Shown here: one piece after another, positions 46,631-60,697 of the stretch | How positions within the stretch are numbered: position 1 is the stretch's first letter | How the letters are laid out: every line of letters starts with the position of its first letter | Assembly (NCBI RefSeq): GCF_964213995.1 | Contig: NC_135823.1 | Location: forward strand, 26,040,001-26,104,000 | DNA: 64,000 nt | Direction of reading: 5' to 3' | Source of the DNA: Mustelus asterias | Taxonomy: Eukaryota | The notes under the pieces: model-generated | The model's input: the letters and a program-made list of their open reading frames with translations, nothing else | Database searches by the model: none | Told to the model about the DNA's origin: nothing | Translations under genes and position numbers: made by a program

Positions 46631-49600
46631 AAGGAATAAAGCACTTGGTTCATGCGGAGTTACGAAAATATGTAGGAGTGTGTATATCTGAAATTAATCA
46701 TAATTAGGATCTTACATTACGCATCAAATGAAAATGCATGGAAACTTTTATAACTCAACAAGAATATGTATGATCAGAGTAAACAATACGATATGCAAAG
46801 AAACATCCATGATCTATCTCCAGGTGTTAAAACTTGGTTAGGTGCATTGGCCATGCTAAATTCTCCCAAACAGACGCCGGAGTGTGGCGACCAGGGAATT
46901 TTCACAGTAACTTCATTGCAGTGTTAATGTAAGCCTACGTGCAACACTAATAAATAAACTTTAAACTTCATCTGAATGTTGAAGGAGTAATTAGTGTTCA
47001 ACACATATACTGTATTAGGGAACATCTGTCAATAGAATGTTGCTGACTGATCAATGGCTTTTTTTAACCTTTGATATTGAAATAAATAATTTGTGATTAT
47101 AAACCTATTTTATAAAACTATTTGACATTGGATAGTCTAGATATACTATGTTTTCTATACAAAATGTATAGAAAAATGTTTCAGATATACACACTCCTAA
47201 AATAATTGCATATACTTTGCAACTTTTAAAGCAACATTGTCTAACAAAATTCAAATAAATATATATTTGTTGAGTTCAATATCACGTTTTGGTTACATTG
47301 CAGGCTTTTTGTCAGAAAATCATTATGAAATGGAGACTGTCAGGAAAACAGGTAGTTTTAAGCGATCTATATTTGCATTATTAAATATCAGAAATAGGGT
47401 ATTGATTTAAGTGGGTTGTGTTTTTGTGTAAGAAAGGGTGCAACTCTAGTTAAATTCAAAGGTGTTTGCACATACATGGGGGTCTTGGTATCAGTTCAAA
47501 CAGTGTCTCTGTTGTGCTGAGGGAGGTTATGACATGTAAAGTAATCAAGCTTGGGAACGAATGAGATGACACTTAGCAACCAGGGGCCATTTTTCGGGAA
47601 AAGAGATTTTTGAGTTTGGTTTCAACTGGAAGCCAGAGGAAGCTTTGCATCAAGTGTCAGAAATCTAAAGAACAAGTATTTAAGGAAATCAGAGAAATTA
47701 CGGTTTGCCCGCTCCCTGGCAGGAGCAGCAGAGATCAGTTCCAATTTTATACAGTGTATCTGTAAATTACTCCATTGTGTACAATTGGAACAGGATCAAT
47801 ACTGAGGTCCATGGGTGACCAGTGGGATCTGCAATACTCCACTCTGCTGGTGATGGAGCAGCAGTCCTGGAACTCCAGATCTATTGCCTTTCACATGACG
47901 AACACTCAGCTGAGCACAACTACATGGTGCTCTGTGTTGTTCACTTAGTCATATCCCAGATATCCTCTTAAAATTCTCATTTACCAATTTTTATCAACTT
48001 CACATTTAGAAGCAGTTATGGATTTGGTTTCTGATTGGACATTCTACATCCTAACAATCCTTTGAATAAAAATAATTTTGCCGAATCTCTCCTTTGTTGG
48101 TTTTAAGTTGATGCTCTCTCACTCCATCCCCTTTAACCATTGCAAAGATGTTTCCTTGATCATCTTAATTAAATTTTGAATCTGATTTTCTTTGAACTGT
48201 CTCTATTCCAGTGAGAAGCCTCTGCTTTCTTTTGTCTCCCCTTGTGGCTAAAACCACTCATCCTGATTTATGTCAGTAAAGTTCTCCAAACCCTCATCTG
48301 TGAGTGTTGAACAGGGCAAGGAATTTACTTTATACTTGACAGGTTGGGATAAATTTCAACTCTTGACCTTCAACTTAACCAAATTTACTTTGAATACGAA
48401 ATGCACCACTTGAGAACGAAACTCCTGCTTCTCTCCGACAGAATCACTGACAAGACACTGAATCAAACCTTTAATTAGTTACAATTCTGTTGTAAATGCA
48501 GCCCCAGTGTGGGACAATATCCTCTCGTCCAGTTTATCTACAAGAATATCTTTGCCAAATAACAGTCAATACTGGTATTTACCGAATAAATTCCATTTTG
48601 TTCTGGATGTTTAATGGATCAAAGTGCAAACTGAGAGTGCATCCAGGCACCAAGCGTCAAATTGATTACGCCATACAGCTTACATTTTAACAAGAGATTT
48701 GAAAGGAGATGGAATAGTTGAGACTTTCACCGAAATACAATGGAACAATAAGATTTCAAACAATCATAGACCAAGAGAAATGATCGAGTGCTTTCCATGG
48801 TCAAAATGGGCAAGGGAAACCTTCTGCTGATTATCACATACCGCCCCCACCCTGCCCCTTAGCTGTTGAATCAGTACGTGTCCCACGTCGAAAACCACTT
48901 GAAGGAAGCACAGAGGGTGGCGAGGGCACAAAATGTACTCTGGGTGGGGACTTCAATGTCCATCAAGTGACTCAGTAGCACCAGCAGTTTGATCTGGCTG
49001 TGTCCTAAAGGACACAGATGCTAGGTTGGGACTGTGGCAGACTGTCAGGGAACCATCAAGAGGGAAAAGCATATTTGACCTCATCCTCACCGAAATTCCT
49101 GCCGCAGATGCATCCATCCATGAAAGTATCAGTAGCATTGACCACTAAACAGTCTTTGTGGAGACAAACTCCTGTTTCCTCAATAAGGAAACTCTCCATC
49201 GTGTTTTGTAGCTGAGCTTAAAGGGATAGACTCCAGACAGATCTAGCAACTCAAGTCTGGGCAACCATGAGGCACTGTGGGCCATCAGCAGCAGCAGAAT
49301 TGTACTCGACCACAATCTGCAACCTCATGGCCCAGCATTGTCCCCCACGTTACCATTACCACCAAGCCAGGGGATCAATGAAGAATGAAGGAGGGCATGT
49401 CAGGAGCAGCATCAGGCATACCTAGAAATGAGGTGCCAACTAGTGTTGATAATGAGAACACAGGACTGTTTGCATGCCAAACAGCATAAGTAGCAAGTGA
49501 CAGGCAGAGCTAAGCAACCCCACAACCAATGGATCCGATCTAAACTCTGCAGTCCTGTCATATTAATTTGTGAATGGTGGTGGACAATTAAGCTACTCAT

Positions 49601-50569
49601 TGGAGAGGGGGCTCCATTCTCAATGATGGAGGAGCCCAGCACATCAGTGCAAAAGATAAGGCTGAAGAACTTGGAACCATCTTCAGCCAGAAGTGCCAAA
49701 TGGGTGGTCCATCCTGGCCTCCTCTGGAAGTCCCCAGTATAACAGATGCCAGTCTTCAGCCAATTTAATTCACTCCATGTGATATCAAGAAACAGCTGAA
49801 GGCATTGGATACAGCAAATGCTATAGGTACTGACAACATTTCGGCAATAGTAGTGAAGACTTGTGCTCCAGAACTAGCTAAACTGTTCATGTGATAATGT
49901 GGTTAAAGTGCAGTGCTGGGTCTGTAGCAGAGAGAAGGAAGCTTTTGCAGTTTAGAGTTGGAGTTTTTTTAGCTGGAAGTTGTTTGAAGACCGAGGCTTC
50001 TGCAAGTTGCTCTGAAACTCTTTCTCTCTCCACAAAATCTCTCTGAAAGCATCAATACTGTTAGCACAATTTATAGCAGGTATGCCTGGGTTTGCTAACT
50101 TTTTATTTGAACGTGGTTTTGAACTATGCATGAATGGGGCTTTTTTGGAACTGGAACAGTCTTAAGTTAGAAAGTAAAGTTGCTACTTTTGATTTTTAAA
50201 TATTGTTCAATTGTTAATGGTTATGCTGCTTCATTTGTTAGAGTTGTATTTAAACTGTGTTGTTAAGTAACATTTGTTTCACTATAAAAGATTCCTACTT
50301 TGTCAGTAGAATCTGGAAAGAAATATCCTATCTTCACATTAATGCCAAAATAGAAAAATTGTTGGGGTCTAGTCTGGCTTGCTAATATAACTTGGGATTC
50401 TGGTCCAGGACCTATCATTGCCCTTTTGTTGTTTTATTAGCTGGACTGTTGGTGTTGTTCTGTACCAGAGTTTAACTTTGCCACATGGATCTCTTCTGCT
50501 GTCAGACTTCAGATTCTCTGACAATTTGGCTTGTTCCAAAGTCAGGTCTTGAGATTAGACAAGATTAGA

Positions 50570-50740
50570 CGGGTGGGGAATCTGGTGAGAATCCTGCGGG
50601 TGGGGAATCTGGTGAGAATCCTGCGGGTGGGGAATCTGGTGAGAATCCTGCGGGTGGGGAATCCGGTGAGAATCCTGCGGGAGGGGAATCCAGTGGGAAT
50701 CCTGTGGGAGGGGAATCCGGTGGGAATCCTGCGGGTGGGA
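50570..50740. repeat. 27-bp minisatellite (gcgggtggggaatctggtgagaatcct, ~6 copies)
   Basis: Direct reading. Confidence 0.9.
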
Positions 50741-51632
50741 AACTCATCAACTATTGAGCCTCTTTAGCAACATCTTTTTTTCCACGTGATTCATGGCCCA
50801 CACATGACCGCTTGCCTCTGATTCGCTTGCCGTGGGAAAACTTAATCTCTGTAATCAATGGGGCGTTCCTTTTAAACGCCTTCCCAGCACTGGTTCCAAG
50901 TCCAGTCGGGGGATGGTTGCCAGGATGACATGATCCTCGGAGGGAGCTCTTACCAAAGTCCTGGATGGTCTGAAGCAGAGGCGGGATGTCCTCGATCTGC
51001 AGGCCCGCCAAAGTCACCACCCCCGTCTGGGAAGCAGTGGCTGCGATAGTGAACGCTAGCTCACTGAAGAGAACGAGACAAGAGTGCTGGAAGAAAATGA
51101 ATGACCTTCTTCGCGCAGTGTGGGCAAGGCTGCCTCCTCCAGTCTCCCGCTGCACCCCTTCACACCTCCACAGTGATCTCACCCAGATACCTCATCGATT
51201 CCCAACACTAGTCATGCCAGCCTCCTCCCCCCACCCCAACTCACCCCCCCACCCCCCCCCCCCCCCCCCCCCCCATGGTCACCCCAGTGGCTAATCTGCT
51301 CCTCACATCCCCGCTCCCACTCACCGCCACAGATGCCAGACTTTATCACCATCCGACCTGGCAGGACCCCATGCCACATCTCTCAAACTCGCGCACAACC
51401 AGCATGAGGGGGCACAGCCTGCCAGAGTCATGTCTGCGCTGTGAAGTCTCACATTCTTTGAGGAGAGAGAGCCCTTGAGCTGGCCGGTGAGGAGCAGGAA
51501 CATATCTGTGCAGAGAGCGAGGTGGGGGCAGCAGATAAAAGTGAGAACCCTCTGGACACAAGGTCATGGTGCAAGCCTCACCTGAGTTAACTTTCTCCCG
51601 TCATTTATCCCCCATGATGCACTAATGCATTG

Positions 51633-51950
51633 GGGGCGGCATGGCGGCACAGTGGTTAGCACTGCTGTCTCACAGCGCCAGGGTCCCGGATTCAATTCCA
51701 GCCTCAGGTCACTGTCTGTGCGGAGTTTGCACCTTCTCCCCATGTCTGTGTGGGTTTCCTCCGGGTGCTCCGGTTTCCTCCCACACTCCAAAGCTGCACA
51801 GATTAGGTTGATTGGGCATGCTCAATTGCCCCTTAGTGTCAGGGGAACTAGCAGGGTAAATGCATGGGATTATGGGGATAGGACCTGGTTGAGATTGCTT
51901 TCGGGCAGACTTGATGGGCCGAATGGCCTCCTTCTGCTCTGTAGGGATTC
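51633..51950 (+). mobile_element. tRNA-derived SINE (CR1-like tail)
   Basis: Same head; ends gggattct. Confidence 0.82.
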
Positions 51951-53227
51951 TAATGCCATCTTGCTTCCCTTGCAGGTCAATCAGTTGACCAGCCGGACCA
52001 TCCTCACGTCCTCTGGACATCACAGACCCGAACAGCTCTGATGGAGACATCTCAGACACAAGTGTCGAGGAGGCATCAGTGCAGATACTCACACCTCGGT
52101 GGGATTAATGAGTGGACAGGGTTCTGGGTCACCTCACAGCTAAAGATCCAGAGCAGGGGGAGGCAGGGACGTGCCAGGGAACTGGCATTTGGAGGGATGC
52201 CGAGGCGAGGACTCTGCTGAGATCCTAGCCAAAGACGTGCCCCTGGGTCTGGTCATCCCAGAGCTGCATGAGCTGCAATTGCAGAATCGTGCACTTCAGG
52301 AAGGGATGACAGCATCCCCCCTCAAACCTCCATAACCAGTGTCCTTGAGCTTCCATACAGCTCATCCTCTCGTCCTCACAGTATTGCCTGAGTGTGGGGA
52401 ATTAATTATCATTGCAGTCATCCTCCCCCCAGTGAGAGTGTCTTCAAGTCTCATAAGGCAAGGAACCACCCCCGTTAGCGTCCCCCCCACGCTGCCCATG
52501 CAGCCTGGCCTTTCGTGGCACCCAACCTAAGAACCTCACCGATGCCCCCAGTGCTGACCCTGTGTATTCACCTGCTCCCACCCAATTTCCAGCCCCCACT
52601 CTGGAAGGGCAATCCCTCAGCAATGATATCGCTACAAGTCCAGCAAGGAGGACACGGGAAGTGCTGCCTGCATGCCAATCACCAGACCCCTTTAAATCGA
52701 GAGGCACCCAGACATGAAGGGCCACTACTGCCTGCGAGCGACCCCACCCTCCGAGATGCTGATACTGAGCCCAGCCCTGAGGCCTTTCTGTTGCCCCCTC
52801 TGCAACGGACACCCTGCTAATAGCAGTAACCTGAGCGTTCACCTCTGATATCCCCTTCAGAGGTGAGATTGCCAGGTTCTCATTTTAATACAGCGGTTGT
52901 AAATCACACAGGCGTGACATCGCACCACTGCCCAGTGAGTATTCAGTGAGTGGGGAGATCCTGGAGGGAGGGCTTGCTAATGATATTAGAATGCATTACA
53001 ATGAGGGATCCAGCCTTCCATGATGGATTTCTTGTTGCGCCGCCGGCGAGTGGCCTGGAAAATCGGAGATTGCAATCGTGCTGGTGAGAATCGCATTTTC
53101 CGATTCTTGCCAGATTTTCAGCTCGCGAAGCCATTCTCCCTGACGGCTAACACGAGCTCAAATTCACCCTCATTTGTTATTGTAATCATGAGAAAAGTAA
53201 TAGCCCTCAGTGCAGATCAATACTTAC

Positions 53228-53327
53228 TCGCCTGTTGGTGAACAAAGTGTAAAATTCTTTTATAAAAATGGTTTTAACCAAGTCAAGATCCGCGAGGGGG
53301 AGAATGGGGTGATGCCCATCATAAATC
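53228..53327 (-). pseudogene. CYP3A: Orphan CYP3A exon 4 (IYDGHHPILPLADLDLVKTIFIKEFYTLFTNRR), acceptor AG changed to CG
   Basis: 100 bp, gtaagt donor; flanks are homologous to 27650-28130 (inverted), and 54500-54765 is homologous to 305-425. Confidence 0.88.
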
Positions 53328-53552
53328 CGAAAGGAAAAGGCAAAGTGTTAGAAAGTGAATGTGGGCCATAGATAAAGTGTAGAGACCGACTGGGGGAGTG
53401 GTCTGGGCAAACCCCATTCATCTAGACTCACCGTAACCACTTTGGATGCTCCTGACAGCCAGGTCTCCATCCCTGTAATAACATCACAGGAGCGTTTACA
53501 GACATTTCCCTGTTACAGTAATGGAACATGTCTCAAATTGCAGTAGCAAAGT

Positions 53553-53846
53553 AGCGGCACGGTGGCACAGTGGTTAGCACTGCAGCCTCACAACGCCAGG
53601 GACCCGGGTTCGATTCCCGGCTTGAGTCACTGTCTGTGCGGAGTCTGCACATTCTCCCCGTGTCTATGTGGGTTTCCTCCGGTTGCCCCGGTTTCCTCCC
53701 ACAGTCCGAAAGATGTGCTAGTTATGCTAAATTCTCCCTCATTGTACCTGAACAGGCGCCAGAGTGTGGCGACTAGAGGATTTTCACAGTAACTTCATTA
53801 CAGTGTTAATGAAAGCCTACTTGTGACACTAATAAATAAAATTTAA
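53553..53846 (+). mobile_element. tRNA-derived SINE
   Basis: Same family as 3153-3441. Confidence 0.85.
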
Positions 53847-54777
53847 ATAGAACAATCCAGGCAGTTACACTACAACCAGATCAATGGGAAACAATCTCGC
53901 CTCACTTCAGCATCACAGCTGTAGCCCGAATCAGGTGTTGGAATCCAAATGGCACTCGAATAAAGATGAGTGAGTTCACTCTGCTTCACTTCAGACTCTC
54001 ACAAACAATTTATAATCCATAAATCATGTTTAAGTCAAAAGCGCTCTGGCTGAATTGACAGAGGGTAAATTCCAATTGGCCAGCACTGCTGGAACAGATT
54101 GCAAGTCTTCTAATTGCCAGAGCTGCAGATTCAGTGAGATTACTGGGGGAAGGAATGAGTACAGTCGCAGCAGGTCACTAGAAATGAATTGCTTAGTGTA
54201 TTTCCACCTCCCCAGCAAATCTGACTGCCAGGCTGCTGCCTGACTGACTGGCAGGTGGGTAATCCTGCGGTAACAAGCTGTAGCTAGGGACCAGGCAGTA
54301 GGCAGGGAAAAAAGAGGATAGCGTTGGGGGTGGGACATTGTGGAATGAGGTGCCCAGGAGAGCATTAGAATAGTTGGGTGGGTGGGCCTTAGGTAACCCA
54401 CCCACCCAAAAAAAACCATAAAATCAATGGAGGAAGGCAGCCCCCCAGCCCAATACCACGCCTCTCAAAGAACATTCTGAGCCAAAGGCAAAGGGGAATT
54501 AAACTTCTCAGCCTGACAGAAATCACCTCCAGGATCAAATTACTTTGTGAGAATTTTGGGACATTTCAAAGAACAAAGAACAGTGCAGCACCGGAAACAG
54601 GCCCTTCGGCCCTCCAAGCCTGTGCCGCTCCTTGGTCCAACTAGACCAATCGTTTGTATCCCTCCATTCCCAGGCTGCTCATGTGACTATCCAGGTAAGT
54701 CTTATTTCCTGGGGTCTCCTCCAAACTCTTGCCAGTTTTCAATGGTTGGTATTCCTGGTATAGACACATTCCCTCGC

Positions 54778-56860
54778 TGTAGCGAGTAAGCTCAGTATGG
54801 TAGCTTGGCCTCTTTAAGGGACGGATGTTTGTGGGTCACAGGACCCTCCTGGGGCCAATCAGGAGAAAGAGCACAAACCGGCACCTATCAGGTGTGAGCC
54901 CTGGTAGGCATCATTTTGGCAAACCAAATAGACTAAACAAAATAAACTGAGGGACAAAGTAAAAGGCGCAGCCCCTTAAAAAGGAGGGGGGGGGGCGGGC
55001 GGGGGAAGCTGCCCAAAGTAAAACAAAAACAAAGTGTAAGGAAACTTAAAACATCAAATCAAATGTGATTAAGAAGATCAATAATACACCCCAGCCCCTG
55101 CGGGACCCAACAGGCACGGAAGGCCTCGATGGTGCCTGTGGACTCCACATGCTCCCTCTCCAGGTTCACCTGGCTGCGAATGTAGCTGTGGTAGAAGGGC
55201 AGACAGTCGGGTCAGACAACCCCCTCAGTCGCCTAATGCCTGGACCTGTTTATGGCGAGTCCAGCCAGGCCCAGGAGCAGGTTCACGGGAGGTCCTCTAC
55301 CTTCCCCGCCCCCTCCGCACAGGGTGTGGGCCCTGGTAGGAGGGAACCCTTAGTGTGAGACTGGGAGTCTGGAAACTAGACCTCTACCTGCTTTGAGCTT
55401 GTCTGGACATAGTTTTAACTTTCCTTCAATAAATCACTCTTGTGATTCAAGGCTTCCTCATCGTGGCATCTTGCGCTATTACACTGGCGATGAGAATAAA
55501 TCAGTCGACAGTCGTTAACACGCCAGCATCTGGAGGGGAAAGGGTGAGCCCCTGAAAGGAAAACAAGAGAGGTAAAAAAGTCAGCCTTAGTCGAGTAGTC
55601 ATGCCACTGTTCAGAAAAATTGATCCGTTTGATCCGGAGGTCAAAGGTTGGGGCTAGTGCATCAAAATACTTTTTTTTTGCAGCCAGCAAAATAACGTCT
55701 GAAGAAAAACAGGAAGTTATTTTACTCGTGGTTTGCAGGTCTCAAGCTTACAACCTCGTCAAGAAGCCTTACATCTCCGGAGGCACCGGATACAAAATCC
55801 TTTGACCAGCTAATCGCTCTAATGAGGGACCACTATAATCCCTAGCCCTCCATTATTCTGGAGAGATATAAATTCCACTCAGCTGTTAGGGACACAAGGG
55901 AGACCATTTCGGCTTTTGTCGTTAACTTTGCCAATTGGCTGAACTCTGTGAGTTTGGTCCATCCTTAGATGATATGTTACATGATCGTCTCATATGTGGC
56001 ATTAACAGTTTGAACATTCAAAAGAAACTGCTCACTGAAACTTCCCTGGATAAAACAGTGGAAGCAACTGAGAGCGATGAACAAAGCGCTTTTGAACTGT
56101 AAGGTGAACAAAATTTGGTGGGAAATGGTGGTCGCTCAGACCACCAGTAATGAGGGCCCAGCAGAGCCCAAGAGACAGAAGAGAAATCGTCAGCCACAAG
56201 GGGTTGACAAGTGTTATAATTGTGGGGAAGACTATCCCCATGACAGGAGAGCCACATACAAGCCAAATGCAGAATCAGACCATCTGCGCTCAGATCCCGC
56301 CCAAAAATGAGGACTCCTATGAACAGGATTCAGGAAGATTTGGAAGAGAAATCCGAAGCTTATGAGCTCAACATTCTAAAGTTAAACAAAACAACCCCCA
56401 TCGAAATCTCCCTTATGGTCAGCGGGCATCCGTTAACTATGGAGGTCGATACAGGTGCTTCAGCAAAGGTAAGAGGTGAACAAACCTATAAGTATTTGCA
56501 GGGAGGTTTGCAACCCATGAGGCTCAGCAAACCTCGACAAAGTTGGCGACCTATATGGGAGGAGGCACTGAAGTACTGGGCACAACGTCAACACCACTGT
56601 CTTACCATCATCAGTCTGTTCAACTACCCCTGATGGTAGTGAAAGGCCTAGTCTTATGGGACAAGACTGGTTGAAGCAATTTAAATTGAACTGGCTGGAA
56701 ACATTCAACATCACAGATGGAGTTTTCCAAGAGCTCGTGCATCAAGAGGTTTTTCAAAGAGAGCTGGGATAAAGGCCAATTTTCTTTAGAGCCTGGGCTG
56801 TCCCCTGTGCACTACGTGAAAAGGTTGAGGTGCAGTTGAAGAGGTTCAAACATTCATAGA
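54778..56860 (+). mobile_element. Degenerate Gypsy element (LTR, PBS tggcgatgag, gag and protease remnants)
   Basis: tggcgatgag after ...ttacac near 55483; MEVDTGAS protease motif; many frameshifts; LINE-like tail inserted at ~54915-55290. Confidence 0.7.
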
Positions 56861-58402
56861 TAAAACCAAACAGGGATACCAAACCTTTAAATTGCGTGAA
56901 ACATAAAATGCATCTCAATGGCATTGTTGAAACTACCAAAAGAGAATTTGATCAGAAATGAGTTGTTGGCATCCAAAGAAGCTATTTTGAGCCTAATGTC
57001 TCAAAATGAGAACTTACCACCTTTGAGTTTAGAAGAAGAGCTCAAAAGTGGAATCACAGCCACAGTGAATAAAGAGGGTGATAATTTGACTGTGGACTTA
57101 GAGGGGACGTTCTTTGCAGGGTTAAAGAATGAGCGTAGGGAAAAAAAATGATCACAATTCAGAGTCCATGATGTTTAAATCCTGCTAATGCTATGTCATA
57201 TGTACTTGCTCCTGTTTGGGTTAATCCCTTATAACTTTGTAAATAAGATGTGTAATTGGGGGAAAAATGAAAAGATTATCTGTAAATAATAAAATATTTG
57301 TTCGAGGTTCGTGAGGATTAAAATTCAGCATATTTTCAAAGACATTTATCGGGAAATCGTCACTATGGTGAAGCTTTGTTTGTGTGTTAAGAAACAGGGA
57401 CCCACCTTGATGGGAGTGGAGATTGAGGATCCAGGTCCAGACAGGCCCAAGAGTTCCAGGCATGTGCAGAGAGAGGCAAGGTGACAGACTGCACATGCTC
57501 CATTCTCATTTTGTTTCTCTCAGTAAAAGGGTTCAGCCATCCCGGACAGCAGGAGTGCAGCTACATGGTGTGAAAATAATCATTATGGGGTCCAATCTTG
57601 GCGCCAAAACATGTGGAGTCCCGAGACTGAGAGTGGGAGCCCAGAGAGGGAGACCATTGGGGAAAGAGACCAGCAATAGGTAACACTGAGGGGAGAAGCA
57701 AAGGAAGAGGTTCCTGAAGGCAGGTTCCAGATATGAGGCCTCAGGAAAAGTTGTGGAGAGCTGGAAAGGCATCGGGAGGTGGGTTACTCTGGGCCATTGG
57801 GAAAAAAGTAATCCTTTGGAACAGTGGAGTTCTGCTTAGTGTGGCTAAGGAGGAACAGTTGTGCCTGTGATTCAGTGCTGGAGTGCAGCCTCAGGAAGCA
57901 AACCTATTTTAAAAATCTTTTCTATTCAAGAATAATCTCACTTTCTCTAGTCTCTCCACATAACTGATTTTTGTTCATTCCAGTAATCTCTTTTGTGCTT
58001 TCTCCAAGATCTTGACATCTTTCCTGAAGTATAATGCCATGGTTAGCTGCAACACTCCAACTGGTGTCTAATCCATGCCATTGAAAGGCTTGGGTGACTT
58101 TCTTTCTTTTGTACTCTTTGCTTCTATAACTAAAGCCAATAATTCTGTATGCCTTTTAAACATCCTTCTCAGCTGATTCAGCCACTTTGAAAGACATTTA
58201 TCACCAGGTCCTACTGTCCCTGCATCACTTTTAAAATTGTATCATTTAGATTAAATTGCCTCCTACTTCCTATGTTTAATTCTGTCTTCCAGATGCCTTT
58301 CTATTTAACCTGTCTACCACCTCATAAATTTTGTACTATCCTCCTTGCTGTTTTTCTGAGTTTTATATAATCTGTAAACTATGAGATTATGCCCTGCGTT
58401 TC

Positions 58403-58688
58403 TTTATTAGTGTCACAAATAGGCTTACATTAATGCTACAATGAAGTTACCGTGAAAATCCCTGAGTTGCCACACTCCGGCACCTGTTCGGGTACACTGA
58501 GGGAGAATTTAGCATGGCCAATGCACATAACCAGCGCATCTTTCGAACTATGGGAGGAAACCGGAGCACCCAGAGGAAACTCATGCAGACACGGGGAGAA
58601 TGTAGCCTCCACACAAATGGTGACCCAAGCTGGGAATTGAACCTGGGTCTCTGGCGCTGTGAGGCAGCAGTGCTTGCCACCGTGCCGC
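58403..58688 (-). mobile_element. tRNA-derived SINE
   Basis: Reverse complement of the 3153-3441 family; further 3' fragments at ~46836-46965 and ~59000-59140. Confidence 0.82.
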
Positions 58689-59971
58689 TCCTGCATACCC
58701 AAGTCCAGGTCATTAATATATCATGAAGAGCAATGTGCCTAATATTGACCTTGGGGGAACAACACTGTCCCTCCTGTCTGAAATACCAGTACTCAACCTA
58801 CTGTCTGCTTTCTGACTTTTAGCAAATGTTGGATACATGCAACTACTGCACCTTTAATTCACATAGACTTCAATTTTGTAAACATAACTTTTATGTGTTA
58901 CTTTATCAAATACTAGTTTCTCTAAATTACAATTTATATACAGAATCTTGGATATATAAATCAACTCTTGCACACACCCCTACTGACTCACTACATACAC
59001 TGCAGTCTGAAAGACGTGCTAGTTAGATGTATTGGCTATGCTAAATTCTCCCTCAGTGTACCTGAACTGGTGCCGGAGTGTGGCAACTAGGGGATTTTCA
59101 CAGTAACTTCATTGCAGTGCTAATGTAAGCCTACTTGTGGATCTGGACAACATTCAGGCTTGGGCTGACAAGTGGCAATTAATTGAGCCCAGTACGTAAC
59201 ATTCAAACCACAAGTGTCAGGTAATGAACATCATCAACAAGAAGATCACATATATATATAGCCACATAAACACTATGGCTTTTCCATCAGGTCAGAGGCT
59301 AGGGGTTCTGTGTTGAATAATTCATCTCCTGATTCCCAAAGCCCCTCCATCATCTACAAGGCACAAACCAGGAGTTTGATGGAATTATCTTTGCTGTGCC
59401 AGGTTCAGTGCAGCTCCACCCCCAACAATCTAGAAGTTCAACAAAACCCAGGCCAAAGCCTTTGGTTTGGCATCCCATCCACCATGTTAAACATTCATTT
59501 CCTCAACCACTGATGCACCGTAATCCCAGTACCATTGTCAAGATGCAGTGTAGTAACTTGCCAAGATTCCTTCAACAGTAACATTCAAACCCAACTGTTA
59601 TACCACCTAGAATAACATGGGCAGCATACCTAACATCACTGTGGGTACACCTACACCATACAGACTGCAGTAGTTCAAGAAGGCAGCTCACCATCATATC
59701 AAAAATCAAACATTGTAGTTTTAAATAATTTGGGTTTATTAGCTATGTTTAAAGTTTATTTATTAGTGCTACTGCAATGAAGTTACTGTGAAAATTTCTA
59801 AAAAGGGATTTAAATTTTTTTTAATGACACTGGAGTACAAACTGCTGCATTAAAAGTGACACCTTGTCCAGACAATGTTTCAATCAGTTTGTAAATCTCA
59901 CTGCCTTTCCTGGTTTGCTCCACATCATTCCCTGGTTTGAACAGCCTGCCCTCTCCCTCAGTGTGACTGAC

Positions 59972-60113
59972 TCTATAAATACAGTAAGAAGTTTAACAAC
60001 ACCAGATTAAAGTCCAACAGGTTTATTTGGTAGCAAAAGCCGCAAGTTTGTTGTTAAACTTCTTACTGTGTTTACCCCAGTCCAACGCCGGCATCTCCAC
60101 ATCTATAAATACA
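59972..60113 (+). promoter_or_regulatory. Duplicated TATA box of copy C flanking a short Penelope-derived insertion
   Basis: tctataaataca at 59972-59983 and 60102-60113. Confidence 0.8.
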
Positions 60114-60166
60114 CCCAGTGCCCAGTTCAGACTCCCAGTATCCTCTCTCTGACTTCTCTCAGGATG

Positions 60167-60692
60167 GTAAGAAGTCTCACAACACCAGGTTAAAGTCCAA
60201 CAGGTTTATTTGGTAGCAAATACCATAGGCTTTCGGAGCTTGCTGCTCCTTCGTCAGATGGAGTGGTCTCTGTTCTCCAACAGTGCACAGACACAGAAAT
60301 CAAGTTACAGAATACTAATTAGAATGCAAATCTCTACAGCCAGCCAGGTCTTAAAAGGTACAGATAATGTGGTTGGAGGGAACATTAAACACAGGTTAAA
60401 GAGATGTGTATTGTCTCCAGACAGAACAGCTGGTGAGATTATGCAAGACGAGGGGCGAGCTGTGGGGGTTACTGATAATGTGACATAAATCCAACATCCC
60501 GGTTTAGGCCATCCTCATGTGTGCGGAACTTGGCTATCAGTTTCTGCTCAGCGACTCTGCGCTGTCGTGTGTCGTGAAGGCCGCCTTGGAGAACACTTAC
60601 CTGAAGATCCAAGGCTGACTGCCCGTGACTGCTGAAGTGCTCCCCCACAGGAAGAGAACAGTCTTGCCTGGTGATTGTCGAGCGGTGTTCAT
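60167..60692 (-). mobile_element. Penelope-like element inserted at the copy C start codon
   Basis: GIY-YIG C-terminal ORF 60469-60774(-); TSD tcaggatg at 60159-60166 and 60693-60700. Confidence 0.9.
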
Positions 60693-60697
60693 TCAGG

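Larger units (their letters stand above)
50570..53150 (+). mobile_element. Degraded PIF/Harbinger-like element with a Myb/SANT-like ORF remnant
   Basis: WEAVAAIVNASSLKRTRQECWKKMNDL in ORF 50986-51294 resembles Harbinger Myb/trihelix proteins; boundaries uncertain. Confidence 0.55.
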
